From Octopus vulgaris (taxonomy: Eukaryota), in contig OX597815.1 of NCBI GenBank assembly GCA_951406725.2, forward strand, positions 90,954,001 through 91,018,000: DNA of 64,000 nucleotides. The letters run 5' to 3'. The notes under the pieces are model-generated. The model ran no database searches. It was given only the letters and a program-made list of their open reading frames with translations, and had not been told where the DNA came from. Of this stretch, positions 34,812 through 46,481 are shown in pieces (position 1 is the stretch's first letter; each line of letters starts with the position of its first letter). Both the position numbers and the translations under genes were made by a program.

Positions 34812-35358
34812 CTTTTCTATTCTAGGTACAAGGCCCGAAATTTGGGGGATGAAGGGCAATGTGGACATCGGTGGAATTTGAACTTAGAACGTAAAGACAG
34901 ATGAAATACCTATTCATTTACTACCCACAAGGGGCTAAACACAGAAAGGACAAACAAAGACAGACAAACGGATTAAGTCGATTACATCGACCCCAGTGCG
35001 AAAATGGTACTTAATTTATCGACCCCGAAAGGATAAAAGGCAAAGTCGACCTCGGCGGAATTTGAATTCAGAACGTAACGGCAGACGAAATAAGGCTACG
35101 CATTTCACCCGGCGTGCTAACGTTTCTTATTTCGTTACTGCCCACAAGGGGCTATACACAGAGGGGACAAACAAGGACAGACAAACGGATTAAGTCGATT
35201 ACATCGACCCCAGTGCGTAACTGGTACTTAATTTATCGACCCCGAAAGGATGAAAGGCAAAGTTGACCTTGGTGGAACTTGAACACAGAACGTAGCGCCA
35301 GACGAAATACCGCTAAGCATTTGGTCCGGCGTGCTAACGTTTCTGCTAGCTCGTCGCC
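34812..35358 (-). mobile_element. SINE family A trimer with imperfect ~22-bp TSD
   Basis: Junctions at 35127/35128 (tail|AGAAACG) and 34910/34911 (tail|GGTATTT). Flanks are TTCCTGCGTGTGGTTTGAATATT (34789-34811) and TTCCTGCCGTGGTTTGAATATT (35359-35380). Confidence 0.9.
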
Positions 35359-36723
35359 TTCCTGCCGTGGTTTGAATATTGCAAGAGAACAAAATCTGCT
35401 GTCATCCTCTATGGACCATGTGATAGTGGGATATATTTACTACATAAAATGCGGGGAGACTTTATGTTGCATTGACTTGACAGCATTAAATAGATGGTAA
35501 CAAAGCAAAATTACATCGCCAGGTTAAAAATTCTCATCTTCAAGTAAACATGTTAACCTGACTATATTCAGGATCATTACGATTCATTCCTTGTAACTGC
35601 ACGAATTATGACCGGGAATTCATTCTGTTGTGGTTTCAATTACTACCATAGCTTAGATATACATCTGCAGCCATCACATATTCAAGCAAATAAATGTAAT
35701 CTACAGAAATATTTTATTTCCCAATCTGATTTTGAACTCGAATCTGCATATTCAGAGGTTTCAAATTAAAGAAAATGCTGTAGCTTGCTACAAAATAATA
35801 TATATATATATATATATATATGTCATAAACACAAGAACTACAGTATTCTGAATGTTTTAATTTTTCCAGTATGCTTCATATTTTTTTCGACACATATATG
35901 ACATGTTACTGTGAAATATGCTCAATGTCAGACCCGGAAATAGGAACCAGTCTATACTTATCTCTTGATGAAGACGTAACAAATTAGGAATCAACTTCTT
36001 ATGGGTGTTGAAAAATGAGAGAAAGTAAAGAAAGTAGAAAAAGTCCGAAAATATAAAAAAGCAATATTGGTGCAGTGCAATTCTGGAACACTCTGATGCG
36101 CTTAAAAATTTGATGCAAGGCAGAGAAAGAAAAGTAATAAAGAAAAAAGAAACTAGAGTTGTTGTCTTCCCATATTTCCTTGTTCAGATTTGCTGCAGTT
36201 ACGTTCTTATAATGAGACATCCCAATATAGCTTCCACCACGTTCAGTGAGAAGAGGTTAAAAATATCAATACTGTGATATGTACGCGTGTATAAGAAATG
36301 CATATTCGTTCGTGTAGTCATACAAACCCATACACACACATACGTACATGCATACAGACACATACACAGACACGCGTATATCTACTCAGGCCTGCATGCA
36401 GATTCAATTTGATTTTAGGTTTTATTCTCCAGAAGTCAAAAAAAAAAAAAAAGAGCAAAGGCGGTGTAGTATTTTTGCATCAACTCTGGCACTTCTTCCA
36501 AATTAACAGCAGATATTCTGGTCGTTGTTGGCAGTATTCCCGGTCTGCTAAATAAATGAAAACACCAACGTGTCATGAAGGAAGGTATAAGAAATCTTTG
36601 CAATATTTTCTTCCTGTCATTTTTATGCAATTTTAGCAATGTATGAAGAAGTAAGAATAGATCAGATAAGATTTGTCTTTTATACCAATAGTTATTTTTA
36701 AGAATAACATTATATCACAACAT

Positions 36724-36726
<3 letters not shown>

Positions 36727-36818
<92 letters not shown>

Positions 36819-36882
36819 AATATGAGCGAATGTGCGCGAGTGAATATATACGTATGTATATGTATGTCTTACATATATATAC

Positions 36883-36924
<42 letters not shown>

Positions 36925-37375
36925 GCAAATATATGTATATATATATAGATTTAAATATATGTATATGAGTATATATATATATGTGTGTGTGTGTGTAAGA
37001 CATACATATACATACGTATATACATACGTATATATATGTAAGACGACATATATATATATATAAAATAATTTTTTGCGTAATAAGATAAAAAAATCCAAAG
37101 CTGTATAGATATTAGAGCATTTATAGATAGAAGGGCTATCTATAAATGCTCTAATATCTATACAGCCTTGTTTTTTTTTTTATCTTATTACGCAAAAAAT
37201 TCTTATATACACACGCTGACATAAACCCAACGTTGAACCCTTTATTCGCAATATTACCGAATCTGGAACTTAACTATGGTCTGTCTATAGCACTTATTCA
37301 GCATTACCTGACACCTTTGGGTCTCAATGACACCATTATCTCTTTTATATATATATATGTATGTATGTATGTATG

Positions 37376-37467
<92 letters not shown>

Positions 37468-37526
37468 ATATGCATGTATATGCAAATATATATCTATATG
37501 CGTGTGTGTGTTTGTGTGTGTGTAAT

Positions 37527-37574
<48 letters not shown>

Positions 37575-37600
37575 TACACACATATTTACATATATCTACA
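36727..37600. repeat. (TA)n/(GT)n/(TATG)n microsatellite field containing a long hairpin
   Basis: Read directly from the sequence. Confidence 0.9.
37067..37201. repeat. Near-perfect palindrome, ~64-bp arms and 5-nt loop
   Basis: Perfect 31-bp inner stem at 37100-37130 / 37136-37166 with loop AAGGG. Outer arms are AATTTTTTGCGTAATAAGATAAAA / TTTTATCTTATTACGCAAAAAATT. Confidence 0.93.
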
Positions 37601-38159
37601 TTTACATGTAAACATAGGTGCATACACATGTCTATATCATGTATGTGTGAGTACGTGCGCGTGTATGTATTTATATAGATATACGACGAAAAAGTTTGTA
37701 ATATTGCCTGTAGGATTCGAACACATCTTCTGTAAGTCATACAGCAGTGCTATACGCTGTTGCAACATCGAACTTCGTGATTCTTCTCTCACATCTCAAA
37801 AGTTGGTTTAGCGATAATTTGCGAGTTTCTTAGCAACAACAAAAGTAATTTCTATGTATATAAGTTTGTTTCTACCTTTTTCTCATGAAGAAGGGTTGTC
37901 TCCATGACCCGTTACAGGACACCCGAGACAGACAGCGGGGAGAAAGCGAAAAAGTTATCGACTCCGAATGGATGAAAAGTAAAACTGGATTCGGCGTGAT
38001 TTGAACTCAGAGTGCCGGAACAAACACTGTGTAGCGTTCTATTCGATGTCCTAAGTTATCTGCCATCACGTGGCCGACACAACTAATTTCTTTTTCTTTA
38101 CTAAATTGTTTCATCAAAGTATCACGGTTTTGAGAGGTGTTCAGTGTTTCTATACTAAG

Positions 38160-38460
38160 GGGTGGATAAAGAAGGCGAGGCGTCATTCGTAGAAGCAGAG
38201 TGAGAATTGTACACTGGTGTTAATATTGGTTGAATGGCTACTGGTGTCTATGTGAGGAGAAAAGAACGGCACTGTCTATGTGGTACAGATGATGGGTGGT
38301 CTGTAGTTTCTTCTCTGTTCTCAGAGTATTTTACGGAATTTCCATCTGAGGTTGTATGGTATGAATTTGTTTTCATTTCCCAGTCTTACGTAGCTAGTGA
38401 CATCTTGATGTAGTTTTTATAGGTGTTGGTATGGGATGGAGCTGACATACGGATTTAGCA
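38160..38460 (-). mobile_element. Possible very old Penelope-like RT remnant
   Basis: Only fragmentary resemblance to the MxPxYANL and FLDI..TSV..HP motifs. Confidence 0.25.
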
Positions 38461-39300
38461 AGACAATGGATGACAGTTGATAAAAATTAAGGATAGTGAA
38501 AGAATATAGTGTTCGAACAACAATTATTAAAGTTTGAGCTAAAACCAATAAATAAATAATTACAAGTAGATAGCAATTTAAAAGTTTAAATGTAAGTACT
38601 TAAATGTAAGGTAAAAATGTTTATCCATTGAATAATTAATATTGAACCATTAAATCAAGAAGAAGCCTTTTAGATTTTAAGAAAAGTCAATAGATAAATT
38701 ATTGTTTTCCAAACAAATCCGGCTTAATTATCATAGTTTAATAAACATATAAACACTTAAATCATTAAATAATTATATCAGGAATTTTATAATTGTGAAT
38801 GTATAAATAAATAAAATTACGTTATTTGCAATGGATAATCATGAATATTGTTATTATTTGGTGAACATTGTTAAACCTTACACTAGAAATATCTCTCGTA
38901 AGTTCTCTGGTCGTTGAATAAATAAACTGTAAAGATAATAGAATCTTCCTACTTACCTTTTGTATCGCACTAAGGGAAGTAAGTCAAATACAGTAGAAAG
39001 GAGTGCTTGAATGTCATGGGAGAAAAAGAGAGAATGAGAGAGAGAGAGAGGGAGAGAGAGAGAGAGGGAGAGAGAGAGAGTGACTGCCAATTCGCCTGGA
39101 ATATGTGAGAGAGAAAGAGTGAGTGAGTGAGAAAGAGAGGGGGGACTACCGGCACTCTTCTATCTTTACCATGACTACAACCAACAAAAATATAATTACC
39201 ACCGCCCCCACGGACAGGTATTATTATTATCATCTCTTGCTCTCCCTAACTTTCTCTTTATTTCTACGGGCTTTTTTATTTATCCTTTTTCTATTTATCT

Positions 39301-39340
<40 letters not shown>

Positions 39341-39931
39341 TCTCTCTCTCTCTTTCTTTATCTCTCTCTCGCTCTTTCTTTCTCTCTTTCTCCCTTTCTT
39401 TCTCGTTGTCTTCTAGTTCTATATCAAATAATATTTGCTCTACCTCATATACTCACGTATTTCACCAATGTTGCAATGTGTGTGTGTGTGTGTCTGTGTG
39501 TGTGTGTGTGTCTGTGTGTGTGTGTGTGTCTGTGTGTGTGTGTGTGTCTGTGTGTGTGTGATGTTTTGGCAACTTTTCTCTTGCTTATCGTCAACATGTT
39601 TTATAACTTATAAAGCGGGGCGATATATAGTGCACGTGACTGATTTGGGGTCTTATAGGCCGTAAGATTAAAATGGCTGACTGATATTCATGTTGAGCAG
39701 CTGAAGATAAAGTGCCAACTTTGCTCCGGTTCCCCTAACTGTTGAAAGGAACGGAGTGAACTCAACAAAAGCAATCAAAATACCAGATGCTAATATTAAG
39801 TCTACTACCCGGTATTTCAGAAATCAAAGGGCTGGAACACAAAAGAAACTTGTACACTTTGGACGCTTATGTTATAAATGAAATATGGCCGGAGGCACTG
39901 AATTGTAGCAAAAATATGTCTGTATATATAT

Positions 39932-39932
<1 letters not shown>

Positions 39933-40006
<74 letters not shown>

Positions 40007-40066
40007 TGTCTGTGTGTCTGTGTCTGTGTGTGTGTGTGTCTGTCTGTCTGTGCGTGTGGTGTGTGC
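39933..40066. repeat. (GT)n microsatellite
   Basis: Read directly; another run lies at 39477-39560. Confidence 0.96.
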
Positions 40067-40069
40067 GCT

Positions 40070-41995
40070 GTGGGATACTATTAAGAACCTAAAATTTAAA
40101 CGACACCCACTAAAGAATAATACTTACCAAAGAAGCTTAAAGGACCTACTACACGAACTGAAATCGCAAAAGGGAATTATTGTACACTCCGACAAAACCA
40201 GGAACTCATATAATTTGGATATTGATTTATACCACCGGTTATTGCATAAAGAATTAACGAAAAAATACAAAATAGTGCCTAATATCACTTTAAGATCTTT
40301 GGACTTATCTACCAATAAGATTATGACAAACTACAACATAGAAGAGAAAACTAAACATTTCGCACCTTCCAGACGCCGCATAACAATTAAGGACCATGAA
40401 GAAAATTTCTTAACAGACACAGAAGTTAGACTAGTCTGCCCTAATAAATCCGATCTATGTAAGCTAAGTAAATTAATCTTAGATAAATATATTCCTACTA
40501 TAAAAAATAAAATCCCTCTAGAATTATGATCAAATACCCACGACGCCCTTAATTGGTTCTCCAACATACAGAATAAAAATAGTTTTAAGTTACTACAAAT
40601 AGACATAGAGAACTCCTACTCATCAATTAACCCTACGATTCTAAATAGCGCTCTGATTTTCGCTAAAAGATATACCAAAATGACAATGAAGGAAATTAAG
40701 GTAATGACAGAAGCTAGGAAATCTATAATAAAATTCGATAACAAACTATGGGTAAGGAAGGACACCCCCAATTATTTCGACATCACTATGGGGGTTCCGG
40801 ACTCAGCACAGGTATCTAATTTTGTGTGTACTTACCTATTATCACATTTACACGAAGAATTCCCAGAGATTAGAGGAGACCTTTACAGAGACGATTCGTT
40901 AGTTATTCTTAAAAATACCTCAAATAGGAGACTTGAACTACTAATGAAAAATTATATAAGTTCTTTAAACGGTTTGGATTAACCATCACGATAGAAAAAG
41001 AGCATAATTCTATTAACTATTTAGGTGTCAATTGTAATTTAACCACGGAATTACATGAACCGTACGTTAAACCTAATACCAACTTCAAATATATTAATGC
41101 ACATAGCAACCACCCAAACTTTATAAAAAGAGGACTTGTACATGTCACTAGTAAAGGATTTTCGTATCTCTTGTCCAGCGAAGAAATCTTCAGTAAGTAT
41201 AAGGAACACTACAACATTGCATTGGAAAAAGTAGGTTATAAGCTAAAAATTAAGTACCTTTACTCAGAGCCTTAAAAAAATAACCCGAATAACATAAATA
41301 TTCATAATTATAATAATAGGAATAATAGTACTAATAAAGATAGTAGGAAGAGTGAGATTCATTATAATATTAAGAACAACATTAGATATAACGATACAAA
41401 TACTAATAATGGGAATGATAACAATACCAAGAAAATTAATCATGACGGTAAAAATTAAAATAATACACCTAAAAGAACCAATAAAGTCCCTGTTAATAAT
41501 TATAACATCAAGGTAAATAACTTATATAAATCGAATAGGAACAACCCTACCAAAGCTAATAGCAATAGTAATAAAAATAACAATAGAAAGAAGAATAATT
41601 ATAACCATAACTTTAGATCTGCCATAATACTGAGTGCAGTTTTTACACAAAAAAAAACAAAAATATTAAAAATAATAAGTGGAATAAAAATAGCCTCTGG
41701 CTAATAATCCCCTTCGCGATAAAACTAAAAACCAATATAGCTAAATCTATAATGAAGCTTATAAATAAGCACTTCAATATGAATACGAAATACTCAGGAA
41801 TCTTTAGCAATAAAATTAGAGTAGGCCATAGCCTAACTAGCAACCTAGCTACTATTATAGCCTCTATCAACAATAAAAAGCTAGACACTTTCTATGAAAC
41901 TAGGAAGAATAACAATAAAAAGCACAACAATCAATCGATTGATTCTCCAAATAACTCGCCCTCTAAAAATTCGGACAAACACCTTATAAATGATA
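40070..41995 (+). mobile_element. Decayed Penelope-like element (Naiad-like RT motifs), truncated before the GIY-YIG domain
   Basis: SDKTRNSY; ITIKDHEENF..VRLVCPNKSDL; LNWF..QIDIE; ARKSII..WVRK..FDITMG.PDSAQV; LYRDDSL; YVKPN..YINAHSNHP; KTNIAKSIMKLINKHF..IIASINNKKL. Multiple stops and frameshifts. Confidence 0.85.
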
Positions 41996-42002
41996 ATCCC
42001 TT

Positions 42003-43562
42003 CTGCAGAACAGTTTCGTCGCTCTGACCGCATCTCGGGCAAGTCGTTTCGGTATGTTTCGAACCGTGCCTGCAGAGCTTATCCCGAACATGTAATGCTT
42101 CTCGATAGCACTGCTAGGCCAGGAATCTTTCGTGATTGTTCATAGGTCCCGGCCCGAAAGTTATCCTGAACAGGCGGGTCAGGTATTCCTCGTCGACGCC
42201 CAGATTCTGTCCAGGAACCTCGTTGCACCTCCCCTCCACTATTCCTGAATAGAACGCCTTTGTTGTCATGAAGTTGCACAAGTTTGGCCCCGATGGCAGA
42301 TTTGCTTGAGAGCAACGCGACACTCGCGGTGCCATTTGCCTAGCCTCAGTCTCTGATCCACGACTGTAGTTCGGCCAAGGAGACGAGCTACGGGAAAGCG
42401 CGCCACACAAACGGCGACCACACCTTCTCACAGTCGTCCATGAAGCGCCGGAGATATTGCAGTCTCAGTGCATGCCTGCGCATCATCAAGCAAGGAAGGC
42501 CTAGCCCTCCATTTACCGGGTGTTGACAGCAAATGGATCGCCTAACCATCGGAACGCTTCCCTTCCACAGGAAGCGGGGGAGTTCCAGTTTGGTTGTGGT
42601 AGGGTCGGGACAAGGCACGACGGCCAGACGGTACTCGATGACGGATGCGATGTACGCGTTCGCCACCTCCGCCCGACCTTTTAGGGATACCTTTCTCTCA
42701 GCCCATTGCTGGGTGAGAGTGGACACCATAGTCGTTATTTCACCCCAGTTCTTCTCCATTTGGAGGTCCGGACCGAACCAGACTCCGAGCAATTTAACCG
42801 GACCGTCGGTCCAGCGTCCCACGATGCAGACGGCATGGGCTTGCTTCTCCAGGTGCCGAGCCGCAAGCCCACTGACTTTTCCCGGTTAATTTTGGCTCCC
42901 ATTACCGCTTCGTATTGTTTTAGTGTCTCACCGACCAGGTCGATGAGCTTGTGACTCGACACTATGACGGTGACGTCGTCCGCGTATGCAGACACGCTCT
43001 TACCGCATCCCAGCTCTCATGGGATGCCCCTCAGCGTCGCCAGCATCCGCAGCAGTGGTTCAAGGGTCAATATACAGAGAAGCGACGAGAGGGAGCATCC
43101 TTGACTAACCGAATGCATTATGTTAAATGGTCTGGATAGATGACCACTCACGTGAACTACCGAGTGGATGCCGCTATATAAGGCAGCGATCCAACTGCGG
43201 ATGGTGGGACCGAAACCAGCCGCTTTAAGGACAGCGTCCAAGTAGTGATGGTCTACCCTATCGAAAGCTTTTGATTGATCCAAATTGATCAGCGCGCCAC
43301 TCATGCCAGGATTCCTAATTACCCTGTCTATGGTGTAGCGCACCAGATGGAGGTTGGCATGGCGCACGTTTGTGCCTTGTCGACTAGTTTCTCAATGACA
43401 AGCGCCAACCTCTCGGCTAACACCTTGGCCAAAATTTTCAAATATGCGTTGAGCAGAGTGATGGGCCTGAAGTTATCTATGACGTTCCCCTTGTTTGGAT
43501 CTTTTTTTAGCAGTGCCACTGCTCCTCGCTTTACAAAGACGGGGATACTCCCGTTTTGCTGC
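42003..43562 (-). mobile_element. Tx1-like ORF2 fragment (sister subfamily of the 16.8-kb LINE), truncated at both ends and frameshifted
   Basis: QQNGSIP..LLKKDPNKG..NFRPITLLN; LINLDQSKAFDRVDH; SAYADDVTV; GRWTDGPVKLLGVWFGPDLQ; ends at CPRCGQSDETVL. Confidence 0.93.
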
Positions 43563-43574
43563 AGATAGATAGAC

Positions 43575-43628
<54 letters not shown>

Positions 43629-43629
43629 T

Positions 43630-43680
<51 letters not shown>

Positions 43681-43681
43681 C

Positions 43682-43747
<66 letters not shown>
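43563..43747. repeat. (GATA)n microsatellite
   Basis: Read directly from the sequence. Confidence 0.97.
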
Positions 43748-43749
<2 letters not shown>

Positions 43750-44205
43750 AAATATCAATTTGCAGAGTCGATATGGCTTGGCCCAGATTATTTTGGAATC
43801 GTCGTTCCTGCATTTTGCATCTCTAGTTTCAAACCCCACCGAGGACAACATTGCATTTCATCCTTTCAGAAGAGATCGACTAAGATAAGACTTGTCAAAA
43901 AATGCCGGATAAATTAAACCACGTCAAAAATGAATAAAAAAATTAATATTTTGCATAATTTTAATGAGAAATATATGCAAAAGTTCCCGAAATTTGACCA
44001 TATATGTCTCATTGAACTATAGAAAAACGGTATACAAATGCAGCAAATAAAGCCTGTAGAAAGGAGAATGATACTGTTTTAGTAAGCAACAACCTTAAAC
44101 AAATATTTCAGAAAGTGAAAAGTGAGGAAGACGATACAGATGATAGTCCGGTTTCATGGCATACTGATAACGTGATTACTGTTTGTGAATTTTTGTTTAT
44201 ATACA

Positions 44206-44239
<34 letters not shown>

Positions 44240-44383
44240 AGCGCGTGTGTGTGTGTCAGCGCGTGTGTGTGTATGTGACGCCATTGAGAAAGTGGCTCTG
44301 TTGATTACTTTATTTTTACTCATTTGGGTTTTAAATAATTTTAAAAAAATTTTCTCTAGAAGAAAATATTTTTAAAACATTAA

Positions 44384-44590
44384 ACATGGCCGTAATTTTA
44401 ATAACTGCCCGAAATAAAAGAGTGGAAAAAAGTTGTTTTGCTAGAGTCGATTTGTGAATTTGAACCCATATTAAATTCCCTATTATTGTGAGGAATAAGG
44501 AGAGATAACGTGAGATAAAATTGAAAATTATCAGTCTAGCACAGATTTTAGTGTTATTGTAGTCGTTGTAGCAAAACTTTTGAAGCTCGC
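44384..44590 (+). repeat. Solo copy of the arm of the 45.76-46.48 kb inverted repeat
   Basis: Shares AGTCGATTTGTGAATT..TAAATTCCCTATTATTGT..TTATCAGT..CACAGATT..TGTTATTGT.GTCGTT.TAGCA with the arms. Confidence 0.8.
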
Positions 44591-45757
44591 GATGAAGATG
44601 TTCTCTTTGATGAAAACGATTTCTATAGACTGCCGTCGTCCACTGAGAGAAAAGAAGAGAGTAGCAACAGCAGCAAAATCGTATCGAGCAAGAAGAACAA
44701 CAACTCGAACAATGACAGACACAGCACGCCAAGCAATAACAGTGTTCCAAGCTCCAACTAAATTAAATTACCTAACAACATCACAGCCCAACAATACGAA
44801 CATCGGAAACACATTATTAACAACAGCGACTCTACTCTAAACTGACATGTCTGCTGAAACCACAGTTCCAGCACAATCACCATCACCGCAGTCGAAGCAG
44901 TGAGAATCAACAAAAACTACTTATACTAGCAACAGCAGTGATGGTCGAATAATATTTACTAAAGTACCGATTCAACGTGATTAAATACATATAAATATAA
45001 CTGTATGTTTATATATTACCTTTGTACAAATAAATGTATAGATAAGTTTCAAATTTTTCCAAGTTACGTGTTATTTAATAACTTAATTCACTTTCCTTAA
45101 AGAGCCGTTTTCCTTTCCACATTGATACAGTACCATATACCTGTTACCCACCCTCTATATTTTATACATATGTTACAACAATCTCTGTTCGTGTGAACGA
45201 ACCATCTGTCTGTATGTTATCCACACCCTGACCACCCTCGAAGTTCTCACTAAACGATATTTTTTTAATAAACGTTTGTATTCTGCTTTCAATGCTTATT
45301 AATGTTTCCTCTGACACTGCTTCACCATATGACCATCACTCTAAGGTTTCCTTTTCCTTTCTCTGTTCATGTTCTCTTATATTAACCTGCAAAAATTGTA
45401 ATTGGATAGTGTGCTTCATTTTTATTAAACGCAAAGAAATAGGGCTATTATGACGTTTAACATTTTCGAGGGCTAATTAACAGTGTGTTTGAAGGGAGTT
45501 TGGGATAACCAAGAGTGACACTAACAATGAACCCTGTGTTTGAGTGGTCGCTCGAAATCATAGAATTAGAAGACAAATATTCTCTCACATAATGCAGCCT
45601 TCAATCTTAGAGCATAATCGCAATAAATGAGTGCATAGTCACGGTTGGAAAGCTTTTGATAATAGTTCTGTTTCATCAGAGATGACCTATGGCTACTCAA
45701 CAACTATTCATTGCATTAATTGTTTTATCAATAAAGCCATAACCAACAGCCAATTAG

Positions 45758-46481
45758 AAAATCATGGCCTGCAAGAATTCCCAAATATTTTGGCTTTTGA
45801 GATTAAAAGACTGGAGAAAAACTGTTTTGATACAGTCGATTTGTGAATTAGATCCCGTTTTAAATTCCCTATTATTGTCAAAGAAAGAGAGTGGCATATA
45901 AAGAGAGAGAAAATGGAAGAGTTATCAGTTGAACACAGATTCCAATGTTATTGTCGTCGTTATAGCATAATTGTTGAAGCCTGTGCTCTCGTTTCTTTCA
46001 TGCTTCAGATTAAGTAATGTGAAATAAATTTACAGCCATTTCACTCTCTAAAAATGTAACATCTATTTTGCCTAAACACACAGTTAAATTCTTTTGATAG
46101 GATGACATAATCGTGTTAAAGGATTAAGTATATTGCTGATATTTAAAGTATCGAACAAGGCAAGATGAAATAAGTCAACCTTGGCTATAGTTTTATCACA
46201 TACTGGCGTCGATATATGAATAGTCTCAAGCGGTTGTATTAGCTCAATACCACCAACTTTCCATTATGCCATAACAGCGACATTGACGCTCTATCTGTGT
46301 TCAACTGATAACTCTCCCACTTTCTCTCTCTTTATCTCTTATTTCTTTCTTTCTTGACAATAATAGAGAATTCAAAATGGGATCAAATTCACAAACCCAC
46401 TGTATCAAAACTGACAGCTTTTCTCCATTCTTTTAATCCCAAATGCCAAGATAGTTCGGAATTCTTGCAGGCCACGATTTT
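45758..46481. mobile_element. Long diverged inverted repeat or foldback MITE-like element (~215-bp arms, ~290-bp spacer)
   Basis: 45758-45972 (AAAATCATGGCCTGCAAGAATTCC...) is the reverse complement of ~46262-46481 (...GGAATTCTTGCAGGCCACGATTTT), with scattered mismatches. No clear TSD. Confidence 0.8.

Noticed and set aside
38957-39017. Minus-strand ATG exon with a strong AAG|GTAAGT donor
   Set aside because: There is an in-frame TAG at codon 16 and no partner exon; it could be a non-coding exon, but I cannot support that.
40527-40529. In-frame TGA in the Naiad-like RT as possible selenocysteine
   Set aside because: It falls where Trp (TGG) is expected, and the copy has many other disabling mutations.
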